NCBI GenBank assembly: GCA_903839725.1
Contig: CAIMDG010000001.1
Span: 3,558 to 67,557, forward strand
Length of the DNA stretch: 64,000 nucleotides
Reading direction: 5' to 3'
DNA from: an uncultured bacterium
GTDB lineage: Bacteria; Patescibacteriota; Minisyncoccia; Phycocordibacterales; PALSA-1337
The stretch's first letter is position 1. The number at the start of each line of letters is the position of its first letter. Below the pieces are notes generated by a model. That model worked only from the letters and a program-made list of their open reading frames with translations, did not search any database and was not told where the DNA came from. Below, piece by piece: positions 1 through 9,874 of the stretch. The translations under genes and the position numbers were made by a program.

Positions 1-610
1 GTACATCTTACGTAAGAATATACCGACGTTATATTCAGCAAATTGAATGTATTCAAGGAGATTTTGAGGTGTACGAACTTTGATAGCTGGAGTAACAGCC
101 ATAACTTCAGGATTACTGAAATAAGGAAGCATCCGTTGTAATGCTTCTGGGTGTACAAATGAGTCCGCATCCAAACAACTGATGAGATCACTTGTGCTGT
201 GTTCAATGCCAAAATTGACTGCAGTATGCTTGCCACCATTTTCCTTATGAAATATTTGAACACGTGGATCATTTCTATATTGTTCGAGATATGACCAGGT
301 ATTGTCTGTACTTCCATCGTCAACAGCCATGATTGAAAGTTTGTCAGCAGGATAATTCATGCTCTTCAAAGATTCGATAGTGCCAATGACCGTTGCTTCT
401 TCGTTGAAACAAGGAACAATGACGGTCACTGTAGGGTAGTTGATCGGTGTTGGGGAGCTACCAGACGCTTGCGCCACAACAGTGAGTTGTGCCCGTTTCT
501 TCTTTTGCTGTGCATCGTAGTACTCGAAAAGGGTGATTATCAAAAAAATCTGCACATAGAGTGAGATAAATAAGAATGTGTGTACAGATATAGACGCCAA
601 AGAGAGCATA
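1..610 (-). CDS. Family-2 glycosyltransferase, N-terminal part (gene continues beyond window start)
   Basis: Minus-strand translation from ~610 downward gives MLSLASISVHTFLFISLYVQIF...TVIVPCFNEEATVIGTIESL...MAVDDGSTDNTWSYLEQY...GGKHTAVNFGIE...LDADS. This is the classic GT2 DxD/DDGSTD N-terminal Rossmann region. The ORF is open to position 1. Confidence 0.7.
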
Positions 611-661
611 TGTCCTACTAGCATACGGTATATTCGATGTTTTTTCAATCTTTTATATTCA

Positions 662-785
662 GAACGGCACAGGAGGTGTGTGTACTCATTTTGTGCAGAA
701 GTTTGTAAACATCGAGGTAAGCGGTGTAATGTACATGTCTCTAAACTTCTGCACAAAATGAGTACACACACCTCCTGTGCCGTTC
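662..785. repeat. Palindromic hairpin element copy 1: ~43-bp perfect inverted arms (662-704 / 743-785) around a 38-nt loop
   Basis: Seen directly. Arm gaacggcacaggaggtgtgtgtactcattttgtgcagaagttt matches its reverse complement exactly. The loop gtaaacatcgaggtaagcggtgtaatgtacatgtctct is conserved in the copies at 24661-24790 and 29476-29603. Confidence 0.85.
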
Positions 786-832
786 TTCGTTAAAAGATGA
801 AAAACATCTAATTTTCTGCTAAAGTATGTGAC

Positions 833-1543
833 ATGAACCCAGATCAGAAAGGCCATCTTCACCCGATAACACAGGTTATTCGAGAAATATACCCATTATT
901 CCAAGGATTGGGTTTTTCTATTGCTGATGGGCCAGAATTGGAAGATGAGTTTCATAACTTCGACGCCTTGAATGTTCCCAAGGATCACCCAGCTCGTGAC
1001 ATGCAAGATACGTTTTGGATCAAGAATTCAAAAGGCGATGCTGGTCAACGACTTGTTTTGAGAACACACACGTCTCCGGTACAGATTCGATATATGGAGA
1101 CGCACCAAGCGCCGATCCGCATTCTTGTCCCTGGAAAAGTATTTCGTAATGAAGCGACTGACGCTACACATGAAGCACAATTCTTCCAGACAGAAGGGTT
1201 GTATGTTGATACACACGTTTCTTTGGCGCATTTGAAGGGGACACTTGAGGCTATGTTCAAGAAACTATTTGGTGATGATGTTGAGATTCGTTTTGTACCG
1301 AGCTTCTTCCCATTCACGGAGCCAAGTGTTGAAGTACATATGCGTTGGAAGGGTAAGTGGCTTGAAATGGGTGGCGCAGGACTCGTCAATCCGGTAGTTC
1401 TCAAAGCTGCAGGAATTGATCCTGCTAAGTGGCAAGGCTATGCGTTCGGTTTTGGCCTTGATCGTATCGCTATGCTCAAATTTGGCATTGATGATGTGAG
1501 ACATTTGTATACAGGTGATTTGAGATTGATAAATCAATTTTAA
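833..1543 (+). CDS. pheS: Phenylalanine--tRNA ligase alpha subunit (short form lacking the N-terminal coiled-coil region)
   Basis: FNFDALNVPKDHPARDMQDTFWI and the GLDRIAMLKFGIDD class-II motifs are present. An in-frame TAA at 809-811 prevents a longer N-terminus. Confidence 0.9.
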   Translation: MNPDQKGHLHPITQVIREIYPLFQGLGFSIADGPELEDEFHNFDALNVPKDHPARDMQDTFWIKNSKGDAGQRLVLRTHTSPVQIRYMETHQAPIRILVPGKVFRNEATDATHEAQFFQTEGLYVDTHVSLAHLKGTLEAMFKKLFGDDVEIRFVPSFFPFTEPSVEVHMRWKGKWLEMGGAGLVNPVVLKAAGIDPAKWQGYAFGFGLDRIAMLKFGIDDVRHLYTGDLRLINQF

Positions 1544-1545
1544 GT

Positions 1546-3498
1546 ATGAAAATTTCCTACAATTGGCTCCAAAACTATTTTGAGAAACCACTTCCAACTC
1601 CAGAAAAACTGAAGGATGTATTTGATTTTCATTCATTAGAAGTTGAAGGATTTGATGAGGTAATGGATTCATCCCTGCCTGCGCAGGCAGGAGAAAAAGT
1701 AACTGAAACAGTTTTTGATATTAAAGTACTCCCCGATCGTGCGCATTTTATGTTGTCGCACAAGGGTGTAGCTGAGGATTTGTCAGTACTCTTAAATATG
1801 CCTTTGAAAAAGAGCGAGATTCCACCTCCACCAGCTCCAACTATTGCGACTGCACCACATATAACTATTCAAGACCCTCAATTCTGTCGTCGTTATGTAG
1901 GCCAATATGTTGAAGGGATTACTGTAGGCGAGTCACCGGCATGGATACAAACATATCTTGAAGCAGTTGGTGGTCGCCCGATCAATTCTATTGTTGATGC
2001 GACGAATATAACGATGTTCAATATAGGTCAACCATTACATGCATTCGATGCTGACAAGGTAGTTGGAGATATCGTCGTGCGAACTGCGACTGATGGTGAA
2101 AAGATAACACTACTCGATGGTGCTGAAGTTATGTTGAAGGCTGGTGAATATGTCATTGCTGATACTGAAGGACCTCTCGCTATTGCTGGAGTAAAAGGTG
2201 GTAAGCGTGCAGAAGTATCTGCTTCAACAACAAAGATTATCGTTGAATCTGCGAATTTTGATCCAACAATAGTTCGTCGTACATCAACTCGTCTCAATCT
2301 TCGCAATGAATCTTCAAAACGTTTCGAAAATGAAATTACTCCCGAGCTCACTCTCCAAGGTATGAGCGATATGATGGCTTTGGTCAAAGAATTGTGTCCA
2401 CAAGCGAAATGGGGACCTGTTGTCGATATATATCCTACCAAAGCACAACAGACTGTTATTGCTTTCAATCCTGCATATATCGAAGAACGATTGGGTGTGA
2501 AGATTCCTGAGACTGATATAAAAAATATCCTTGAAAGGAGTGGAATTGCTATTGATTCGAAGTGGAACCTCACCATTCCATTCAAACGCCTCGACCTCAT
2601 CATCCCTGAAGATATTGTTGAAGAAGTTGGTCGTGCATATGGACTTGAACATATAACTGGAATACTTCCACCACAGACAGAAAAGCCTGTTGAAGTATTG
2701 TCTACGTACTATCTGTCAGAAAAGATAAAGAATATTCTTGCTGGTATAGGTTTTTCAGAAGTAAGTTTGTATGCACTGGTCGCAAAAGGGGATATTGAAA
2801 CGTCATATCCATTGGCACGTGATAAAGCATTCCTTAGAAAAAATCTTGCTGACAACATGATGGCATGTGTGGAGAAAAATGCATTGAATGCAGATTTGAT
2901 AGGTCTTGAGGCAGTAAAGGTATTTGAAATTGGTCATGTATTTTCTAAGGGTGGAGAGACCATTTCACTATCACTTGGTGCCGCTCAGATAAAGAAGGTC
3001 AAGGGATTTAAGCCAGAACAAATTATCACTGAGGCTATTCAAGCCTTGAATGAAGGGCTTGCAGTAACTATTGCCGTACCAAAAAATACTGTAAAAGGGA
3101 ACTATGTTGTGTGTGAAATAAATTTGAGTGAACTCGTGAAGTCATTCAAGTCGAGCGAATCATATTCTGATTTGAATTTTGGCAGTACATCAGAAAATCG
3201 TTATAAGAAAATATCACCATATCCATTTATGGTCCGTGACATCGCAGTATTTGTACCTGAGGGTGTTCAAGATACTGCGGTCTGGGAAGTTGTCCAGCAA
3301 GGTATAACTGAATCAAAAGCTAATGATTTACTTGTACGTCATGCACTTTTTGACACATTCAAGAAAGATGGAAAGACGTCATATGCATTCCGTTTAGTAT
3401 TTCAATCAATGGAGAGAACACTTACTGACGATGAAGCCAATGGAATCATGGAAAAGATTTACACAGGAATGAAAGTGAAGAATTGGGAGGTGAGATAA
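1546..3498 (+). CDS. pheT: Phenylalanine--tRNA ligase beta subunit (650 aa, compact)
   Basis: Canonical PheT N-terminus MKISYNWLQNYF. It starts 3 nt after pheS. B3/B4 and B5 domain-like regions are recognisable. Confidence 0.9.
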   Translation: MKISYNWLQNYFEKPLPTPEKLKDVFDFHSLEVEGFDEVMDSSLPAQAGEKVTETVFDIKVLPDRAHFMLSHKGVAEDLSVLLNMPLKKSEIPPPPAPTIATAPHITIQDPQFCRRYVGQYVEGITVGESPAWIQTYLEAVGGRPINSIVDATNITMFNIGQPLHAFDADKVVGDIVVRTATDGEKITLLDGAEVMLKAGEYVIADTEGPLAIAGVKGGKRAEVSASTTKIIVESANFDPTIVRRTSTRLNLRNESSKRFENEITPELTLQGMSDMMALVKELCPQAKWGPVVDIYPTKAQQTVIAFNPAYIEERLGVKIPETDIKNILERSGIAIDSKWNLTIPFKRLDLIIPEDIVEEVGRAYGLEHITGILPPQTEKPVEVLSTYYLSEKIKNILAGIGFSEVSLYALVAKGDIETSYPLARDKAFLRKNLADNMMACVEKNALNADLIGLEAVKVFEIGHVFSKGGETISLSLGAAQIKKVKGFKPEQIITEAIQALNEGLAVTIAVPKNTVKGNYVVCEINLSELVKSFKSSESYSDLNFGSTSENRYKKISPYPFMVRDIAVFVPEGVQDTAVWEVVQQGITESKANDLLVRHALFDTFKKDGKTSYAFRLVFQSMERTLTDDEANGIMEKIYTGMKVKNWEVR

Positions 3499-3505
3499 TA
3501 AAAGC

Positions 3506-3537
3506 CACCGGAGAAATGTCCGATGGCTTTGCCCAGT
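3506..3537 (+). terminator. Probable rho-independent terminator after pheT
   Basis: Imperfect hairpin aaagccaccgga...tccgatggcttt directly downstream of the pheT stop. Confidence 0.4.
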
Positions 3538-3547
3538 AATTGAATTA

Positions 3548-3964
3548 CTAGGCTACGTTTTGGGGTGCGAGGTTCTCCTCGATCACCTCATGAAATAAGG
3601 TGCGGAATGTTTCCAGGACGCGGTTGAATGAGACCTGTTGTTCATTCGCGAACTCACTCAATTGTCCGCGGAATTGCGTATTGTGACGCTGGTTCTGAAC
3701 AAGGGTTTTGCACAGTAACCATGCGATTTCTCCAGCCCGCTTTTCTTTGAAGCTGTTATGCAGATTGTTGTTCAATACCGCATTGTGAAAACGGTGGATC
3801 TCCCCGTGGGGAATCCCAGTCTTTTCCTCAAGCGTCTTACAGGCACGTCTTGATTTTTCGCTGTTGGGATTCTTGAAGGTGATGCGAATCTTGAGGCTGA
3901 TAATGATTACAGCCATTTGGCGCAACTCCTCGTCTGTCATGGTTCTTTTCATAATTTCTTTCAA
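3548..3964 (-). CDS. Hypothetical protein (138 aa)
   Basis: Intact ORF in an AT-rich segment between pheT and gyrB. No recognisable motif. Confidence 0.4.
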   Translation of the reverse strand: MKEIMKRTMTDEELRQMAVIIISLKIRITFKNPNSEKSRRACKTLEEKTGIPHGEIHRFHNAVLNNNLHNSFKEKRAGEIAWLLCKTLVQNQRHNTQFRGQLSEFANEQQVSFNRVLETFRTLFHEVIEENLAPQNVA

Positions 3965-4071
3965 AAGCCAAGCCTGTGCCTGGCGAACAATTTTTTACAT
4001 ATATAACACACGAATTGTGCTATTGTCAATGTATATAAAAACACCACTTCCTGGGGAAGTGGTTGAGTGAA

Positions 4072-4437
4072 TTATTTGCATTTGTAAGTGACACGAATCT
4101 CGCGAACACTACCCGTGTCATCTTTGAGAAAGAAAAGTTCTTGTTTTCTTCCTTTCTGATCTGTGGCCGGGACTCGAGATGAGACTGTTGTGCCGAAAGC
4201 GACAATAATTTCTTCTGAATATAGTGTGATGCGCCGAGACACATGATGCTTCGGAATCTTTTTCTTTGATACGCAAGGAATCAAATTGATTGTTAACCAT
4301 TCAGTTTTTGGTGAAGGTTGTCCAGAAATGTCTTTTTCGAGAAATAATAGTCCGTGGACTTGCCATCGTTTTCTCGTGTCTTGAAAATGTGCCCGACAGT
4401 CAGAACTGATAAGTACCCTAACTTCCCCAAGGTTCAT
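4072..4437 (-). CDS. Hypothetical protein (121 aa)
   Basis: Intact ORF co-oriented with 3548-3964. No recognisable motif. Confidence 0.35.
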   Translation of the reverse strand: MNLGEVRVLISSDCRAHFQDTRKRWQVHGLLFLEKDISGQPSPKTEWLTINLIPCVSKKKIPKHHVSRRITLYSEEIIVAFGTTVSSRVPATDQKGRKQELFFLKDDTGSVREIRVTYKCK

Positions 4438-4632
4438 AAATCCTCCTATGCAGTTAATTGTTTGTCTGGAATATATTCTCTACCTCTATTTGATATATGT
4501 CAACAAAATAAGGCTCAAATACAGAACATTTCCCCAATTCGTCAATAGCTTTATGTTCATAATTTTGCTATAATTATGAGGTAAAAATTAAGTAGAAATT
4601 GTCTTATACAAAGAGCTCAACCTCTTCATTTT

Positions 4633-6756
4633 ATGTCTGAAAAACCCAAGCCAACTAAAGCAAAAAAAGAGAATAGTTACAGCGCCGATTCGATTCAGGT
4701 CCTTGAAGGGTTGGAACCAGTTCGCAAGCGCCCCGGTATGTACATTGGTACGACTGGACCAGACGGCTTGCATCATTTGATCACAGAAATTTTCGATAAC
4801 TCACGTGATGAAGCGATGGGTGGTTTTGCCAATGATATTGAAATTGCGCTTCTTCCTGGAAATAGAGTTCGTGTTGTCGACAATGGCCGTGGTATCCCTG
4901 TCGATATCCAAAAGCAGACCAAGGTATCAGCTCTCGAAACAATCATGACCGTTCTTCACGCCGGAGGTAAGTTTGGTGGTGAAGATAGTGGATACAAAGT
5001 TTCAGGAGGTCTTCACGGTGTGGGTGCTTCAGTGGTGAACGCTCTTTCCGTATATACACAAGTTATCGTACACAAAGATGGTGGGGTATACATGCAGGAA
5101 TATTCTCAGGGCAAACGCAAGGCTGCGGTGAAGAAGATTGGCTCTTCAAAACTCCATGGAACTATCGTTACATTTGAACCAGATCCCATTATTTTCAAGG
5201 AAGGCGTGATATTCGATTGGAATCGTGTCGTAAATCACATGCGTCAACAGGCATACCTCGTTCCAAGTTTGCGCATTTCAGTGATCGATGCACGCAATCA
5301 AATCTCTGGTTTTGGCTCAGACAATGAAATTTTCTATCTTCGTGAGACTGGAGTTGATGCACCATCATTCACATTCTATTTTGAAGGAGGTCTTTCATCG
5401 CTTGTTCGATTTACGAACCAGTTGATCAAGCCAATTCACAAAAATATTTTTTATGTCGAGAAGAAGGTTGAAGGCGTTGAGTCTGTAGAAGTTGCTTTGC
5501 AGTATGCTGACGACGTGTCTGGACGTATTCTTGGCTTTGCGAACAATATCAATACACCAGAAGGAGGTACTCATGTGACCGGATTCAAGACCGCACTTAC
5601 ACGTACACTCAATACCTATGCCAAGAATAACAATATGGCCAAAGGTGACGGCGATACATTCACTGGAGATGATGCTCTCGAAGGATTGACCGCTGTTGTT
5701 TCGGTGAAGCTCCGCGAAATACAATTCGAAGGTCAAACCAAGGCAAAACTTGGTTCGATGGAAGCGCAGGGTGCTACCGCCAATGTATTTGGTGAAGCAT
5801 TTGCAATGTTCCTTGAAGAGAATCCTGATGATGCACGCAGTATCATCAACAAGGTTATTCTTGCCATGAAGGCTCGTAAGGCTGCGAAGGCTGCAAAGGA
5901 CTCTGTGCTTCGTAAGGGTGCACTCGAAGGTATGACACTCCCAGGCAAGCTTGCTGACTGTCAGTCAAATGATCCGAAAGAATCAGAACTCTTCATTGTG
6001 GAGGGAGATTCTGCGGGAGGTACTGCCAAGCAAGGTCGCGATCGCAAATTCCAAGCTATTCTCCCACTTCGTGGAAAGATTTTGAATATTGAACGTGCTC
6101 GTCTCGATCGTATGCTTGGTTCAGAGCAGATCAAGAACCTCGTGCTCGCATTCGGTACAGCTATTGGTGATACTTTTGATATTACCAATCTTCGCTATCA
6201 CAAGATTATTCTTGCAACAGATGCCGACGTTGACGGTGCTCACATTCGTACACTTATTTTAACTCTGTTATTTAGATATTTCCGCCCACTCGTTGATGCT
6301 GGTCATATATTTATTGCACAGCCACCATTGTATAAGGTGAAGCGTGGTAAAGAGATTCTTTATTTCTATAGTGATGAAGAAAAGTTTAAAGCTCTTGGTA
6401 AAGATGTTGACGAGGCTGCTATGGCGGAAGCTGAGAATGCAGGAATGGAAGATGATAAGGATCGCATGCTCGATGCTGCAGGTGCTGATAAAAATGTTAA
6501 GGCCGAAGAAACTGAGGAGGTCAATACCAAGAAGGCTCCAAAGATTTCAATTCAACGCTATAAAGGTCTTGGAGAAATGAACCATGATGAGTTGTGGGAA
6601 ACTACTATGGATCCGATGAGACGTATTCTTCGTCAGGTGACAGTAGATGATGCCATTGAAGCTGATAAGGTCTTCGATATGCTCATGGGTGATGATGTGC
6701 CTGCAAGAAAGTCATTTATTCAGTCGAACGCTAAGTTGGCGAATCTCGACATTTAG
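4633..6756 (+). CDS. gyrB: DNA gyrase subunit B
   Basis: LEGLEPVRKRPGMYIGTT, the GHKL ATPase region, EGDSAGG, and the QRYKGLGEMN Toprim/tail motifs are present. Confidence 0.9.
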   Translation: MSEKPKPTKAKKENSYSADSIQVLEGLEPVRKRPGMYIGTTGPDGLHHLITEIFDNSRDEAMGGFANDIEIALLPGNRVRVVDNGRGIPVDIQKQTKVSALETIMTVLHAGGKFGGEDSGYKVSGGLHGVGASVVNALSVYTQVIVHKDGGVYMQEYSQGKRKAAVKKIGSSKLHGTIVTFEPDPIIFKEGVIFDWNRVVNHMRQQAYLVPSLRISVIDARNQISGFGSDNEIFYLRETGVDAPSFTFYFEGGLSSLVRFTNQLIKPIHKNIFYVEKKVEGVESVEVALQYADDVSGRILGFANNINTPEGGTHVTGFKTALTRTLNTYAKNNNMAKGDGDTFTGDDALEGLTAVVSVKLREIQFEGQTKAKLGSMEAQGATANVFGEAFAMFLEENPDDARSIINKVILAMKARKAAKAAKDSVLRKGALEGMTLPGKLADCQSNDPKESELFIVEGDSAGGTAKQGRDRKFQAILPLRGKILNIERARLDRMLGSEQIKNLVLAFGTAIGDTFDITNLRYHKIILATDADVDGAHIRTLILTLLFRYFRPLVDAGHIFIAQPPLYKVKRGKEILYFYSDEEKFKALGKDVDEAAMAEAENAGMEDDKDRMLDAAGADKNVKAEETEEVNTKKAPKISIQRYKGLGEMNHDELWETTMDPMRRILRQVTVDDAIEADKVFDMLMGDDVPARKSFIQSNAKLANLDI

Positions 6757-6782
6757 TCCACTGGTTTTGTACAATAGAAGCG

Positions 6783-7260
6783 ATGCAAATACGCAAATGC
6801 ATGCGAATGACGCGAATAAACGCATCCTTTTATTATGGTTCATCAAGAATCAAAGGTTATTTATCCAGAACTCTCCTATGTTATTACGGGGGTTTGTTTT
6901 GATGTACATAATCAAATAGGAAGATTTGCAAAAGAAAAACACTATGCAGATTTGCTTGAGGATCAATTAATAGAAAGAAAAATAATATATAGTAGAGAAC
7001 ACATTATTCCTAATACAGGCGACAGAATCGATTTTCTTATTGATGAGAAGATTATTGTAGAAATAAAAGCAAAGACACTGATAGTAAAACAAGACTATTA
7101 TCAAACTTAAAGATATTTACATGCTACTAACAAGAAATTAGGTTTATTGGTCAATTTCCGTAGTCGTTATTTGAAACCTATAAGAGTAATTAATGCCGAT
7201 ATACACTAAATAAGGATGCGACGTATTCGCGTCATTCGCAGGCATTTGCGTATTTGCATC
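6783..7260. repeat. Cassette bounded by 46-47 bp imperfect inverted repeats (6783-6828 and 7214-7260) enclosing the GxxExxY gene
   Basis: Left arm is GATGCAAATACGCAAATGCATGCGAATGACGCGAATAAACGCATCC. The reverse complement of the right arm is GATGCAAATACGCAAATGCCTGCGAATGACGCGAATACGTCGCATCC, giving ~41/46 identity. Confidence 0.8.
6835..7203 (+). pseudogene. GxxExxY-family (PD-(D/E)XK-like) protein gene interrupted by an in-frame TAA at ~7108-7110
   Basis: LSYVITGVCFDVHNQIGRFAKEKHY...RIDFLIDEKIIVEIKAKTL...QDYYQT*RYLHATNKKLGLLVNFRSRYLKPIRVINAD. The family-typical C-terminus (YLKAT..LGLLINF...RV.N) continues in the same frame after the stop. Confidence 0.6.
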
Positions 7261-7261
7261 G

Positions 7262-7726
7262 TTATACTGTCTTCACTTTCAACCTTGCCTGCTTCTTCTT
7301 ATCCAACTTAGGAAGTTTCAAAATAAGTAACCCATGCTTCTCGACAGCCTCAGCTTCATCGACATCTATCTCTTCAGGGAGCTGAATAGAACGAGAGAAT
7401 GAACCCCAGTAGAGCTCACGGACGTAGTAGTCTTCTTCTTTGACACTGCGCTCTTCTTCACGTTTACCATTGATGGTGACCATGTCGCGGGTGATAGAAA
7501 TATCGAGGTCTTCAGGGCGTACGCCAGCTATCATACTCTTGATGATGATCATGTCACTTGTCTGGTAGATATCAACAGTGAGTTCGGCATCCTTATCACT
7601 TTCTTCTTCTATCCACGAAACTGCTTCCTTGTCAGAAGATTTTTTTGAAAGTTTTGTTTCACCTTCCTCATTCATGCGAACTGTTCCTGTTAAGCGTTCA
7701 AAAAAGGTTCGTGTATCTTTTGCCAT
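7262..7726 (-). CDS. Hsp20/alpha-crystallin small heat-shock protein
   Basis: The alpha-crystallin domain ITRDMVTINGKREEE...YYVRELYWGSFSRSIQLPEEID...EKHGLLILKLPK is present. Confidence 0.85.
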   Translation of the reverse strand: MAKDTRTFFERLTGTVRMNEEGETKLSKKSSDKEAVSWIEEESDKDAELTVDIYQTSDMIIIKSMIAGVRPEDLDISITRDMVTINGKREEERSVKEEDYYVRELYWGSFSRSIQLPEEIDVDEAEAVEKHGLLILKLPKLDKKKQARLKVKTV

Positions 7727-7762
7727 AATAATGATGTGATTAGACGCGTAATTGTTTGATAA

Positions 7763-8461
7763 TTATACACCAGACTGTAACTTTCTCATATGCACAGCTT
7801 TTACTTCTTCAAATAGAATAATAAGGAGTACTACAGCACCCCAAATCCAACCAAATGTGCGAAGTGTTTGTTCGGTAGTTGCATTGAGTATTGAAATATT
7901 GAATAAGAAGTGAATAGTTATTGCCGCAATAACTCCGAGGCACGTTGCTGCCAACTTTACGAAACGTCCGTAGTAGTACACATATCCGATAGCAAAACCA
8001 ATAGAAGCAGAGCTTACGATATGTAAAAGTGTTGATCCGATAAAGCGCATATTTCCTGTAATCAAGCCTCGGGTAACCTCTCCGTTCAGTAAGGGGTCCA
8101 TAATGAAGAATGTATTTTCCAATGCAGCAAAACCGAGAGCAACAACAATACAATATATCATCGCATCGATAGGTTCTCTATTTTGCGTAGAGTGAAGGGC
8201 AAGAATGGCGACAACCATGAGCTTGAGTAGCTCCTCAACTGCCGCCCACAGGGCATACTGGATATTTGTATCAGCTATAACTTCAGAAATATATTTTTCG
8301 GTAAATCCAGCAATGATAACTGAGAACATTCCTGCAAAGAATAGGAATGCAATCAGTGAGCGTGGTTGTGCGTGAGAGTCTTCACGAAGCCAGAAAAAAA
8401 GCCAGATGAGAGAGGGGAGTATTCCGGCTACTGCGGCGTAAAAGAATGAACTTACAAGCAT
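7763..8461 (-). CDS. PrsW-like intramembrane metalloprotease family membrane protein
   Basis: Multi-TM protein with an EELLK (EExxK) motif and downstream His-containing TM motifs typical of the PrsW/CPBP superfamily. Confidence 0.45.
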   Translation of the reverse strand: MLVSSFFYAAVAGILPSLIWLFFWLREDSHAQPRSLIAFLFFAGMFSVIIAGFTEKYISEVIADTNIQYALWAAVEELLKLMVVAILALHSTQNREPIDAMIYCIVVALGFAALENTFFIMDPLLNGEVTRGLITGNMRFIGSTLLHIVSSASIGFAIGYVYYYGRFVKLAATCLGVIAAITIHFLFNISILNATTEQTLRTFGWIWGAVVLLIILFEEVKAVHMRKLQSGV

Positions 8462-8638
8462 ATTACATGTAATTATACGACAAAGATGAGTTGTGTCCTA
8501 TTCTTGACAAAAGCCCAATTTGTTGCTATACATAAAACTAGTTCCAAGTTCTGAATCTTGTACGAAATAAACTCTTGAGCAAGTGTCGCTCGCGCGACCG
8601 GTTTATTGAATATGGGGTTCTACAACTGAATAAAACAA

Positions 8639-9694
8639 ATGAAAAAAACATTGAGCGTTATTGCCCTGGCATTGTGCCTTGGCAGTAGCAAAACTGTCTG
8701 TGCGGCAACCTCGTCTGTGCCCGACATAACCGTCCGTTACTTCATCGTTACGGCCCCAACATCTCCCAGCAATTCGCTGTGTCTCCAGAATGTCATGGAC
8801 TATGTGGACAAGGGCGGCGTGACTGGACTGATTCCGACTGGTTATGCCAACGATCCGTTGGCACTCTATCAGCCGCATATCCTGCGGGTAAGTGACTTCA
8901 TCTACACTCCATCCAACTACTTCCTCCACGACGCAACAAATGGACCGACCGGTCCCTTTGCTACTGCTAACGGCGGTCGCATCGGCTGGAGTTGCGACTG
9001 GAAGTGTCGGACGCCATTCTATGCGAATGAAATCAACTTTGGGTGCGATAGTGATGAACCGGCACATTCGCTGTATTACATCGGCAACATTGCCACGAAT
9101 ACAGCAAACGGACTGGCTCTGACGTTCTCTTCGACACTCCGCGGTGAACTCTGGGACGCGAATGGAAAACCAATCGCGTGGTATTACAACGGCGAAGCTG
9201 TTGCGACCCACCCAGTCAATCGGGTGATTTGCCTCATTCGTGAGGGTTACTATGCAGCCAACACGAATCAAGTCGTGCTCGATCTCAACTACTTCAAGGG
9301 GCATCACCCCATGAAAGCCTGCGTTCAGTTTTATATGAACAACGGGCAAAGTGGGGGATTGTGCATGGACAGTCGTCCGTGGTTCGGTCTGACAGGGGTT
9401 ACCAATCATATTGGAGTTTACGCCCTCGAATGCCAGCGCCAACTTGGGCTGACATACACCATTCAAGGGGTTCCTGAAAATATGAACCCGCCTCAGTTGT
9501 GGGAAAACCTATATTCTGGGGTTGGTGACAGTTTCAGCTTCGTTGGTCCGTATTACCCCAATGGGTTCTTCCGGGCCTTCGAGGGAACGGTCATCATACC
9601 GCCCTCCCCGTCTGTGCAGACGTCGTTTGTATCAAAGGCTGCGTCAGCCTGGAAACCGTCGGTTCAAATCTCCAACGGTTCCCAGGATGAGTAA
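8639..9694 (+). CDS. Secreted Cys-rich hypothetical protein (signal peptide), encoded in a GC-rich island
   Basis: N-terminus MKKTLSVIALALCLGSSKTVCAA. Local GC is clearly higher than in the flanks. The antisense ORF 8603-9466 is judged spurious. Confidence 0.55.
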   Translation: MKKTLSVIALALCLGSSKTVCAATSSVPDITVRYFIVTAPTSPSNSLCLQNVMDYVDKGGVTGLIPTGYANDPLALYQPHILRVSDFIYTPSNYFLHDATNGPTGPFATANGGRIGWSCDWKCRTPFYANEINFGCDSDEPAHSLYYIGNIATNTANGLALTFSSTLRGELWDANGKPIAWYYNGEAVATHPVNRVICLIREGYYAANTNQVVLDLNYFKGHHPMKACVQFYMNNGQSGGLCMDSRPWFGLTGVTNHIGVYALECQRQLGLTYTIQGVPENMNPPQLWENLYSGVGDSFSFVGPYYPNGFFRAFEGTVIIPPSPSVQTSFVSKAASAWKPSVQISNGSQDE

Positions 9695-9874
9695 TTCATT
9701 TGGCTTGAAAAGATTCACAACCCCTTGCTGGCAACAGCAAGGTGTTTTTTATAGTATGTTGACACGTAATCTGAAGCAGGGTAAGAGTGTAGATAGATTG
9801 ACAATTAGTATATGTTGTGATAGGGTATCAACCTACATAGCCTAAACAGGTTTTATAATAATTAATACAAATTT

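Noticed and set aside
578-793. ORF-track protein 578-793 (71 aa) and similar short ORFs inside the hairpin elements (e.g. around 24650-24790, 29470-29600).
   Set aside because: They lie entirely within perfect palindromes, so both strands read as mirror-image pseudo-ORFs, and they have no RBS or motif. The region is a repeat element, not coding.
7108-7110. In-frame TAA in the GxxExxY gene as evidence of an alternative genetic code or programmed readthrough.
   Set aside because: All conserved housekeeping genes in the window are intact under code 11 and terminate on TAA/TAG/TGA. A single nonsense codon in a likely mobile-element gene is better explained as a pseudogene or base-call error.
8603-9466. 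Long antisense ORFs in GC-rich genes: 8603-9466 opposite the secreted protein gene, and 19225-19860, 47440-47865, 53009-53938, 55676-56389, 57184-57928 and 60021-60749 inside ftsZ, purL, purM, purC-E and dapB.
   Set aside because: Typical open antisense frames of GC-rich coding sequence. The sense-strand genes have strong family motifs and the antisense products have none.
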